DNA of 24,886 bases, from positions 1-24,886 of the forward strand of contig CAVNZM010000057.1 of NCBI GenBank assembly GCA_963693365.1. The letters run 5' to 3'. The stretch comes from Amoebidium appalachense (lineage: Eukaryota > Protista > Ichthyosporea). The notes under the pieces are model-generated. The model saw only the letters and a list, made by a program, of their open reading frames with translations, ran no database searches and was not told the origin of the DNA. The translations under genes were made by a program, and so were the position numbers. Below are positions 1 through 13,998 of the stretch, piece by piece. The first letter of the stretch is position 1. Each line of letters starts with the position of its first letter.

Positions 1-26
1 CGAAGGACGCAGCTCTTAGCCAGGCG

Positions 27-194
27 TTGGCTGCGAAGGCTGAAGTTGTGGCTATTACAGTGGCTGCGAAGGCTGAAGTTGTGGCTAATGAGTGTGGCTG
101 CGAAGGATGAAGTTGGGGGGCTGCGAAGGATGAAGTTGTGGCTGCGAAGGATGAAGTTGTGGCTGCGAAGGATGAAGTTGGGGCTGCGAAGGAC
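27..194 (+). repeat. 21-bp coding minisatellite, consensus GTGGCTGCGAAGGATGAAGTT, about 7 copies
   Basis: Units start at 27, 60, 94, 117, 138, 159 and 180 (last one partial); each encodes one heptad. Confidence 0.9.
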
Positions 195-626
195 AGAGTC
201 AACACCCTCGAGAACCAGCTGAGAAACTCCAAGTTGCAAGAACAGAAGCTCTCGGTGCGTTTTGTGCTCGAGGTCATTGCTGATGAACAGAGGGCGAGAA
301 TGCGGACAACCCAGGGAGAATCTGCAGCGCAAAAAAAAATTACAACAACCGAGGCACTAAACGACTTCGCCCGTAGTCGGGAATTTCTGAGCGAGGTTGC
401 CAAAGCTATCCCTACCGAAGAGAAACGCAAGATTGTCATCAGCGCTTTCAAGAACCTTATGGCGTTTTCGTCCATGCACCATCACCAGTTCCTTGAAGTT
501 TTAGCAATTCCCGATCCCGACGGCGTGTTTCACACTGAAGAGCAACGCATCAGCTTTGAATGCGCTTGCCGAGCTGCAGGGATCAACCAGCAACTTGTTG
601 ACGACGTCGTGCCGAAGGATGTCTAG
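120..626 (+). CDS. Hypothetical coiled-coil protein, 5' partial or disrupted (VAAKDEV heptad repeats plus an unknown C-terminal domain)
   Basis: ORF 138..626. The same frame reads KDAALSQALAAKAEVV from base 3 but is broken by two compensating indels (~93 and ~118) with an in-frame TGA at 108-110. No ATG start in the window. Confidence 0.5.
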   Translation, partial: AAKDEVVAAKDEVVAAKDEVGAAKDRVNTLENQLRNSKLQEQKLSVRFVLEVIADEQRARMRTTQGESAAQKKITTTEALNDFARSREFLSEVAKAIPTEEKRKIVISAFKNLMAFSSMHHHQFLEVLAIPDPDGVFHTEEQRISFECACRAAGINQQLVDDVVPKDV

Positions 627-1856
627 CGGTTGAGCAATAGGTAGCGTGGTGAATAGGGATGCATGGGGGGTGTTGAGGTGGACTGGCAGGGCCTGGTGAT
701 GGTGTCTACCCATACAGTGATCGAGATGTTGGTTGTGCTCAAGTCCCTGTTGGTTACTGTGCCCTTTCGGTGCTCGGGGCTCTTGTCAGAGACACGCTGT
801 GACTGGTTGTGGGTACCTTGTGCACGTGCTCGCAGTTCCGACGTACCTGTCAGATTGTTTCACAGCTAGATACCTCGCCTCTAATAACGTTTCACTGCCT
901 GACCAGCTTCTTTCTATTGGCTCGTTTGGGCTGCAGGATTGGATGGCTAGCATTTTTTTTTTTTTTTTCATGCATGCTGGTGCTGTTTTCCTTTCCGATG
1001 GCACAGGTGGCCTTCTGCAAGATGACCTAGAGGAGGATTTTGTTTGGGCTGGTTTGCATGGCTAGCTGTCAAAATGTACAAGGGTGCACAATACAGCTGG
1101 AACGTAGGTTGCTTTAAACCAGTGAACTCCTTGCACACTGCCACTGTGACAGAGAAAGTCTTGCCAGTACAGTAAATCCTTATGTGAGAATAAATGCGTT
1201 TTGTGTATGTTTACGACTTGCACCCCCACAGCACCTGCATGATGTGCCACTTCTTTTCGCTGTCCTTTCAGTCACGTGTTAACCATACCCGTGGAAGAGT
1301 ACAATCACATTAGGCATGGCTTTGACCTTCACTTACTTGGAGACATTCAAGCACGGCTATTGATGTCCAGGGCGTTCTCGACCTTACGTCATATGCTGGA
1401 GATAGGAAAAGCACACAGATGGCTTATAGGGAGGAATTCCCGTTGGCATCTGTATGCCAAGGCCCCTCCTTCAGTCCAAACATCCACCTACAGTTCTTGC
1501 TAGCATAAGCAACCTTTGCAAATACGATGGCCAGATGAAGTAGCTCGCAATGGCATCTGAGGTCTTTGTGACGGAACCATTCTTTAGGTCTCTGATGACG
1601 AAACGCGGGTGGAAAAACTGTTTGATCCCCCCCCTTTCAGGTCATGTTTCTATCTTCTTTGTTTTCTTTATTCCACGTCATCCAAGTTCAAGTGCGCTGG
1701 TCTGCTGAAAGGCTCGTTCAAGTGGGTAACCGCATCGCCTCGGCTCACTATCTTCAGTCACACAGATCTCCTCGGGCAATGACTCTAGATTCTACACACA
1801 AACCGGAACTTAATGAGGGGTTATTGTGTGAAGATGGTTGTGCGAGGCTGAATGGC

Positions 1857-1972
<116 letters not shown>

Positions 1973-2135
1973 CAGTGGTGCTCCAGCCCATGGTCGCCTC
2001 GTAGTGGCTGTGGTGGCCTGGTCATGAAACACGTGGCTGAGGGTGGTGTGCAGGGTAGGGGCTGCATGCACCTCATGTGGTTGTCGCCAACAGCCCTGTT
2101 CGTCACCAAGATACACCCCACCGCACGTGTCCACA

Positions 2136-2160
2136 CACAGGTATACATGGTGGTGTAAGC
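2136..2160 (+). repeat. Left terminal inverted repeat
   Basis: CACAGGTATACATGGTGGTGTAAGC; similarity to the right end continues imperfectly through ACCGTT. Confidence 0.85.
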
Positions 2161-2600
2161 AACCGTTACTTTCTCATTTGATTCGACCGTTGCTTCTTCC
2201 CTTAGGGCACTGGTACAATCAACGGACTTTACAACGGTGTGAGCAATGCCGTTGGTTTGGCCAGCGACCCAGCAACGTGTAACCAACGGTGCAATCACTG
2301 TTGATGACAATACGTGTAATCAAACGTGCAAGTAGCGCAGTAAACGTTGTATCAACGGGGCAAGGTAATGTGTAAGCAACGCATTTGATTGTTAAGCAAC
2401 ACGTTGATTGTACACCCACAATATACATATCCAATGGGTGAGCAACGTTGTAAGTAACAAGCAATCACTGCAGCAAGCCACGTGTAAGTAACGTCCATTC
2501 AAGTGTGTAATCACCGGCAGCGGCTACACCGACAGCAACGCAATAAAACACACCCTTCACTGCACAGTGGCCGGTGAAAGTAATGGAGGAACCAACGTGC
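2161..2600. repeat. Left subterminal array of short CAACG/CGTTG motifs
   Basis: About a dozen dispersed (AG)CAACG-type motifs, e.g. at 2271, 2375, 2441 and 2534. Such arrays are typical of CACTA ends. Confidence 0.65.
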
Positions 2601-2742
2601 AAGTGCAAGTGCAGGAGTGGGGGTGACCCGGTCCCCCCCCCCCCCCCCCCCCCCCCCCCCGCGGACCGCTTTTCACCCACCCACCCATCGTCTGGGTTCT
2701 GCTCACTTTAGATAGACACTTCATACTTCGTTTTTGTTTTAT

Positions 2743-4195
2743 TCACGGAAGAGACCCGTACAACTGTGCACGTATGCACTTCAATAAATACACACTAGCA
2801 CCACTGTATGATACAGATACACCAGCACCACAATCCCAAACCCGTGTTAAGAAACACGTATAACACATGTGCCCCTTGCGCACAGCAGCGACAAACACAC
2901 CCTTGCCTGCCTTGTCCATCTTGCCCCAGGTGAAGTCGAGAACATTCTGATCCATGTCCTGAAGATGCGCTCTTACGGCGTTGCTAACGGTGCCCTGAGA
3001 AATAGATGCGTTAGCTCTCTGTTTTTAAAAGAGGGAAAGCGCGGAAAAACAGGCTACTCAAAGACACACCAAAGCTCACCGGTCTCCATCACTATCGAAG
3101 GCACGCCAAAGCTTTTACTTATGGCATAGCTACCATTCACAAGGCACCCCAAACACGGAGGAGCAGCGACCATAGAGCACAGCAGCAGCAGAACGGCTAT
3201 TTTTTAACATGTCATAAAAGTAGGAATTTCCATTCAAAAGTGGGGGAGGGGGGGGGGGGGACAGTAACCCCTCTTGTATTTATAGCTCAGAGACTGGTAC
3301 AATGATAAAAGGACTCATCCAGCCACTCACCGTAGGAAGTTCGATCTTTGTCTTGCCATTAGCAGGGATCTTTGGTGCTGGAGCTGGAGCTTGCTGCAGC
3401 TGAGCTGAGAGAGCAGTCTGAACGGCAGCCTGGACCATCTCGGCAATGCGCTCTGCCAAGGCGTTGTTCTCCTGCAGTCAACGGGTGTGTCACACTATTG
3501 GCTTTCTGAATGACGGACCCATTCGCTTCCATCACAACACTTCCTCCAAAGTGAACAAAACACACCAAAAAATTAAAGGGGGGAAGGGGGGGCAACCGTG
3601 TACATGCAAGGGAGATGACTGACAAAACACAAAACGTAAAATCTAGGTAGGGTTTACAGCGGCCTATGCAACCGAATGACCGTATCTTTAAGTTTCTGCA
3701 TACCCTTGGCACGGTGTAAAAAAAGAAACCCTCACCTCACGGACGATCTTCTGGAACGTGCTCATTTCGATGGTCAACGTCTAGACGGCTGGGAAAAGAC
3801 ACACTAACGCTACACAGGACAGAGGGTAGCTGCAAGAAGAAAAGTCGTGGACACCCTTGTCACACAGTAGCCTTTGTGACCGGGTGGAATAACTACGTCT
3901 TGTACGGACCTTTTTATAGTGCAGCCTTCAGCACCGGTAGAGCCTATGGCCAACCGCAGCTGGTATACGTTGCTCTCCACAAACTAGTATGGCGTGGTGC
4001 ATGTGTGTTATGTGCGCCATTTTGTTGGTTTGCAAATATGCATGCAGCCTCTAACATAAACACTAAAATGTCAACCACATGTGCTAAGAACGCCCGCCAA
4101 AACAAACTGACCGTGTGTCGCAAAAACAACGGACTTTTCTCAAACAGGCGCGAACATACGGCCTGGGGCTCTTTACGCAAGCTTGAAATTACCAT
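2743..4195 (-). CDS. Spliced accessory gene of the CACTA-like element (unknown product)
   Basis: Phase-0 GT-AG exons 4195-4160 (MVISSLRKEPQA|gtatgt), 3780-3736 (TLTIEMSTFQKIVRE|gtgagg), 3471-3331 (ENNALAERIAEMVQAAVQTAL...KIELPT|gtgagt) and 2994 downward (GTVSNAVRAHLQDMDQNVLDFTWGKMDKAGK...) join in frame. First exon and 3' end are uncertain. Confidence 0.6.
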
Positions 4196-5019
4196 GGGAT
4201 GTAAAAATTATAGCCGGCTGCAGATCGCAACCGGCTACAGATTTACCTATAACATCTATATTATTCAACTGAAATCTCACAAAACCGTTAGAGTATTTTT
4301 TAATTATATCCGTTATTTATATATATTCCAACTTGTAGTGCGGTTAACAATACAAGACAGGGTTTAGGCGGAGGGGGGCTTTGCGGATGGTGAGGGATGG
4401 GGGCGAGTGGCTACTGGTCGTTGCTTTCACACAGGCCACAAACGTCAGCCAATCAAAGGAGTCGGGCACTGGCTGCTAGCTTGTGATTGGTCCTCCTGGC
4501 GGTGCTTTCGAAGTTGTAATGTTATTGGCTTTTTTGCAATTTTTTTTTATGGGTGATGATCTTTAGGGGCCTGGAGCTTCTTCTCTCTCTTTCTCTTTTT
4601 GGGGTCTGTTTTACTATTTTGTACGGGCCGTAATTACATCTAAATAGAAGAACAGCAAGGCTGTACCATTGATTTCACGGTTTCTGACATCATGCGCATG
4701 CGCGCGTGATCATGATCATGATCGGGATGCGTGATTATGTCTTAGGCAGCTGGCTGTGGCAAATGGTTTGTTCTTCAAAAAATAATTTCTATATAATAAT
4801 TAATAGCATAATTTTTATTGTAAATAGCAATGCTGTTTGCTCTAACAGTATTTACTCATGAGCTTTGCTTTCCACCTAAACTCATTGCTCATCGACCCCT
4901 AGACTAACGCGAAAGCAATTACGTAATCGAACGTTCAAGAGAACTCTTCGTCGATGGTGCTGGAGCCGCGCTGTTCCTACCTCAGTACCAGGTCCATAGC
5001 TGTATAATTCAGGGCGAGA
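4196..5019. promoter_or_regulatory. Putative bidirectional promoter between the two divergent genes
   Basis: Opposed CCAAT (4449-4453) and ATTGG (4486-4490), TGCGCATGCGCG (4693-4704, NRF1-like), (GATCAT)n palindromes and an AT-rich stretch at about 4775-4830. Confidence 0.4.
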
Positions 5020-9150
<4,131 letters not shown>

Positions 9151-9183
9151 TTCTAGGTGCAGTGTGGGTGTAAATTCTCTTTC

Positions 9184-9184
<1 letters not shown>

Positions 9185-9230
<46 letters not shown>

Positions 9231-9412
9231 ACACACACACACCAGCAGGTATCCCCATGGTTGCCTGAACCGCAAGCACACCACCCACAAGGTGGGCGGT
9301 GCACATTCACATCTGCACACGTTTCCTAACCCACACGTGCATGTGCACATCCGCAATCACACTGTCACGGTAGAGTCTCAGACGTGCGCGGGTGCGCACC
9401 CACACACACACA

Positions 9413-9455
<43 letters not shown>
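9185..9455 (+). repeat. Poly-C tracts and short (CA)n
   Basis: C runs at about 9185-9215 and 9417-9455. Confidence 0.9.
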
Positions 9456-9456
<1 letters not shown>

Positions 9457-10292
9457 CCCTCGCCCAACACACACACAGTGTAGACATGCATTGCATACGG
9501 CTGTGCATACACACAAACACTGGCGCCCGGCTATGCACACAATCACGTACCATTAGCACATTTTCTGGCAGGGAAGGGTTATTTGTGGTGGGACCAGTGT
9601 CCTAATTGTCATTTTGAACTCTGTGCTTGGGTAGACCAAATATTTCTTTAGTTTCAAGTTTCTTTTGAATCTTTTTTTAGAACCCCCATTGCGTACGTAG
9701 CACGCGGGCGGAGGGGGGAGTTCCTATTTGGGGGGGGGGGGGGGGGGGGGGGGTTGGGCATCATGTTTCCTTGCGGAGGATTTGGGAGGGGACGGACAGG
9801 GTGTGTGTGTGTGGGGGGGGGGGTTAAAATGTAGAGGAATTCACAGGGATGTTTTGCCAAAAAATACACTATAGCTGCCGGAGGTAGATCTTATTTGAGT
9901 TCTCAGTGTGGGCCTGGGTCACACTCGGCTATTAATAGCTCTTGATTCCAATTATGTCTGATTAATTAGCAAAAGACATTGCTGTTAGCCGTGCTTTGTT
10001 GCTGCCGGCAGATGTGCTTTTCAGCACAAGTTTTATACTATTTCAATAAATTATGGCCGCAAATGCAAAGTCATTATGACCTCGGCCATTGAACATGTGC
10101 ACATTTGGTTCACAAACGCCACTTCATGACACATGAAAAATGTTAGAAAGTCAGTCATCGACAAAACATATACAGGTCTAGGGCACCGGGGATATTGGTA
10201 ATTATAATTATTGCAGGAAATGATACAAATCGATCATAAAGCAAGTGCTATTATTTTGCCTGTAAAATTTGTGTGTGGGAGTGTGGGTGCAC

Positions 10293-10401
<109 letters not shown>

Positions 10402-10449
10402 AGTAATGCTGCTAGTGCTACCATCAATTACTCCATTAATGGTGGAAGT

Positions 10450-10617
10450 GACACCGTTGCTTTCACATGACATGGGTTGCCTACACCCTGAGTCCAACCA
10501 ACGGCATTGCACTCACCATTACTGTCATCATTGGACACACCCCAACGGTAAAGCAACGGCGCCAGTAAGGCTGCAAGCAACGGGAAACGTACTAGCAACG
10601 CTGTAAGCAACGGTATC
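10450..10617. repeat. Right subterminal array of (AG)CAACGG motifs
   Basis: CCGTTGC, CCAACGG and AGCAACG repeated just inside the right TIR; same motif as the left array. Confidence 0.65.
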
Positions 10618-10642
10618 GCTTACACCATCATGTATACCTGTG
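10618..10642 (-). repeat. Right terminal inverted repeat
   Basis: GCTTACACCATCATGTATACCTGTG is the reverse complement of the left TIR with one mismatch. Confidence 0.85.
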
Positions 10643-10937
10643 ATACATACACGTATGCACATTATCTACAGCATCGTGACACGACACAACCCACTTTGAA
10701 AAACTTTACAACAACAGGACAATCGTGTCTTACCGACTTACAAAACAGGGGCGGGTGGAGACCGTCAAGGGGAGGGGGAGGGGGAGGGGGGAGGGGGGAT
10801 TTCACAGAGTTCAAAAGCTTTGAGAGAGAGGCACGGGAGGGAGAGAGAAAGGGGGGGGGGGGGGGGGGGGGAGGAAGAGAGATCTAGAGCGAGAGCGAGA
10901 GAAAGGGAGGGGGACTACAATTGGGGGCGCGGCACCC

Positions 10938-10976
10938 CGTGAATGGTGACGTCACAGGTGTGACGTCACATTCACG
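10938..10976. other. Nested palindrome/hairpin containing two TGACGTCA (CRE/ATF-type) sites
   Basis: CGTGAAT(G)GTGACGTCACA-GG-TGTGACGTCACATTCACG: 18-bp arms, 1-nt bulge, 2-nt loop. Confidence 0.8.
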
Positions 10977-10981
10977 CGGTC

Positions 10982-11780
10982 CCGCAGCCCCCAAAATATG
11001 GCATAAGTGGATATGAGATGTGTGATATCTGTGTATATCGCGATATGGGATATGAGATATGGGTGGATATATGTACAGGAGCACGTGCACACACTGTGTG
11101 TGTGTGTGTAAAACACGTGCAGCGCACGTGATTGTAATTAAATAATTAAAGAGAGAGAGGGCGGAACACGTGTACGCGTACGTGTACGCGTACATGTGGT
11201 GCGCACACGTACAGGTGCTGCGGATCGAAGGAATGCGAAATGATTCTGAATTCAGGCGAAAACTGACCAATGGAAATAGCCGCCCAATGGGAATTAGGAG
11301 GCGAAAAAGCAAATTTGCCGGAAAACTGACCAATCAGAACCGCAGCCCCCAAAGATATGGCATAAGTGGATGTGAGGTGTGTGATATCTGTGTACACACA
11401 TCGCGATATGGGATATGAGATATGGGTGGATATATGTACAGGAGCACGTGCACACACTGTGTGTGTAAAACACGTGCAGCGCACGTGAATTTAACTAAAT
11501 AATTAAAGAGAGAGAGGGCGCGCCGCGTGGACGTGTACGTGTACGCGTACATGTGGTGCGCACACGTACAGGTGCTGCGGATCGAAGGAATGCGAGAATT
11601 CTGAATTCCGACGAAAACTGACCAATGGGAATTCGAATCCTGAATTCAATGGGAAACTGACCAATGGAAATAGCCACCCAATGGGAATTAGGAGGCGAAA
11701 AAGCAAATTTGCCGGGAACACTGACCAATCAGAGCGCGTAAACCGAAATTTGTACATTCCATCCCGAAACTGACCAATAG
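10982..11780 (+). repeat. Tandem duplication with a 358-bp first unit, rich in CTGACCAAT and CACGTG
   Basis: Units start CCGCAGCCCCC at 10982 and 11340; the second has an extra internal sub-repeat. CTGACCAAT occurs six times between 11260 and 11780. Confidence 0.9.
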
Positions 11781-12070
11781 GACCGCGAATGGCTCATTGT
11801 TTTTGGTAAACAGAGGCGGCTGGCCGGCGGCGACCAGACACACGCACAGACTTATTGTTTTTGCGTACTGCTTCGTGAGATTTGGAGAGATTTTTGCTTT
11901 TGAGATTTCACTGGGCTTTGAGATTTAATAGACACAGGCACAGAGACGTTATTTTGCATACTGTTCTTTATTGAGGCGTTGCTCTGGCACAGCCAGGCTA
12001 GCAACCATTGATTAGATTGATACTTGAGATTTATAAGATTACAGTCTGAGATCTAAGGTTACCATTCAAG

Positions 12071-13333
12071 ATGTTCAGCGAGAGCCAGGAAGAGTTTGAA
12101 GATGATCTGTTGCGGGCACTGGATGCCGACCCGCAGCAGGTCCTGCAGGCCCACCCCTTCCTGCAGGCCATGTTGGCCCCACCACCCCCACCCCCACCCC
12201 CTCCCCGGCCTCCCCCCCGCCCCCGCCCCCATCAACCACCCCGATGACCCCCAGATCATTGCCATGCCGGCCGAGGGCAACTGGCGGCTGCGTTCCCGTG
12301 TAGATGACATGCAGGCACGGGGATTGGGTGTACGCGGCCATTGTGGCACACCCTCGAGTACCAACCCCTGCGCACCCTTGACGTGACTGATTTCCCCCAG
12401 TTTTTTGCAGCCATGCTGTTCGATGCCATGGCCCGTGCAGATGTGCAGGCGGGGGACATGCTGATTGTGCGTATCATCAGCCTGCACGTGCAGGCCAACG
12501 GTGTGGACAACCAGGTGGGGGATGATGGCAAACCCAACGCCGACGTGACCAACCGCCGTGTGTTTACTGCAGGCCCCATGGAGGTGTTCAATGGTGATGT
12601 CAACGCCGTGGTGCTCAAGCTGATGGAGAACATACGGCAACGTACCCAGAGTGCAGCCGAGACCTTCATGGACGGCAGATCCACCGTGCATCTGACGGTG
12701 GCCCGACCCAAGGACATGAGGAGGGGGGCCTGTGGGTCCCTGTCCACCACCACGGGGGTGAATGCACGGTGGCTGCACGATCTGGTGGAGGCCAAGGCCG
12801 TGGTGGATGTGACCGCCCTTGTGCAGGATGCATGCAGCACCGACGACCCACAGGTGACCGGGGAGACCTTCCTGGACCACCAGCAGCTGCACGGCTTTGC
12901 CTACGGCCCCAACTGTGCCCAGCTGTGCCTGGTGTCACGTACTGCATGGTGATGTGGGTGAAGAAGGCAGCCAATGGCAACGAGCAGGCCAACCTACCCA
13001 CCGAGCACACACGCAAGGTGCTGGGCAAGGGGGGCAACCTCATGGATCGCAAGGACCACCACGTGCTGTGCCACCTGCTGACCCCAAAGGAGGTAGTGGG
13101 GGTCGGCAACACGACCCTGGGGAGGTCGAGATCTTCCGGCTGTGGGGTGTGCAACCTGCTACTCCCTCCCACAGATCCAAGGAGCCACCACCAAGACCGT
13201 TACCTGCGGAGATTGTACGACCTGCCTGTGCCTGCAGAGGATGGCCTGACGGTGGATGAGCTGGGGGCTGTCGTGGATGCCCTCAACACAGCCATTGCCG
13301 AGCAGCCTGAGTCAGTCACCCGCCTTTTGAGAT
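12071..13333 (+). pseudogene. Frameshifted ORF, tentatively the N-terminal region of a Polinton/adintovirus-like protein-primed DNA polymerase B, truncated by the YR retrotransposon
   Basis: ATG at 12071 (MFSESQEEFEDDLLRAL). Coding-like sequence continues across at least 3 frameshifts through ORFs 12096, 12341 and 12769. Motif order ENIRQRTQS..F.D..VHLTVARP..RG / KAVVDV / NCAQLCL / LPVP..GLTVDEL resembles the pre-exonuclease region of Polinton pPolB. No polymerase motifs in the window. Confidence 0.4.
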
Positions 13334-13465
13334 TTCACATCACTCACTCGTGCTTGCCTCATGCCCCCCGTGTCCGTGGAGTGCAGGCCGTCGTGCCTGC
13401 ACCCAAGGGGCTGGCCGAGGCGGGGGCCGCCAGGGGGGGTCCATGCCATGAGCCCCCCCGCACCA
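13334..13465 (-). repeat. Split direct repeat B2 (3' terminus of the YR element)
   Basis: 132 bp, TTCACATCACTCACTCG...GCACCA, identical to 13856-13988 except one C in a run. Confidence 0.9.
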
Positions 13466-13855
13466 GCCGGGGCTGGGCCCCGCCTCGACATGCTTTATTG
13501 CCGCTGCAATCGGGCTGTGAGCCAGTCACAGTCGCATACGTACACCGTCATGTATACAGACTTAGAGGTGGGTGGGTGGGAGCCGCCGTGTGCTAGCCAC
13601 CGAAAACGCAATCGTGCTAACAAAAACCGTACGTGCAGCACACGGCGAAAACGAAGGTGGCCTGCATCTGCAGTGTGCTGCGCCGGAAATACCGGCGCTG
13701 GTGGCGCCTGACGTCAGGCGCTGCGCCAGACCGATGTCAGCCGCCGCTGCGGCTGCGCCTGGCGCCGCGGCCCGTGACGTCATGGGCCGCCCGGCTGCCT
13801 GCGCCCGAAGTGATCCGTGAAACATCTTTCATCTGCTGCGCATATGAAACGTACA
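13466..13855 (-). repeat. Predicted A2 segment of the split direct repeats
   Basis: 390 bp between the B copies. By the A1-ORFs-B1-A2-B2 layout it should recur at the 5' end of the element, outside the window. Confidence 0.55.
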
Positions 13856-13988
13856 TTCACATCACTCACTCGTGCTTGCCTCATGCCCCCCGTGTCCGTG
13901 GAGTGCAGGCCGTCGTGCCTGCACCCAAGGGGCTGGCCGAGGCGGGGGCCGCCAGGGGGGGTCCATGCCATGAGCCCCCCCCGCACCA
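13856..13988 (-). repeat. Split direct repeat B1
   Basis: 133-bp copy beginning 10 bp after the YR stop codon. Confidence 0.9.
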
Positions 13989-13998
13989 CAAGGCCCCC

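Noticed and set aside
1040-1620. Possible decayed minus-strand transposase (weak SWIM or zinc-knuckle-like fragments such as FLPISHLCA and SCRCCGG)
   Set aside because: Stops in all frames and motifs too degenerate to assign without a translated search.
3079-3129. Extra candidate exon for the minus-strand gene (ends in gtgagc)
   Set aside because: Contains TAA in phase 0 and its phases do not fit the neighbouring exons.
3876-4367. 163-aa plus-strand ORF
   Set aside because: No recognisable features and overlaps the better supported minus-strand spliced gene.
9867-9874. CACTATAG as a CACTA terminus (also TAGTG at 4336-4340)
   Set aside because: The motifs face outward and have no extended inverted partner in the window.
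10768-10872. G-rich runs as telomeric or functional G-quadruplex arrays
   Set aside because: Poly-G/C tracts occur throughout the window, have no fixed repeat unit, and their lengths are error-prone.
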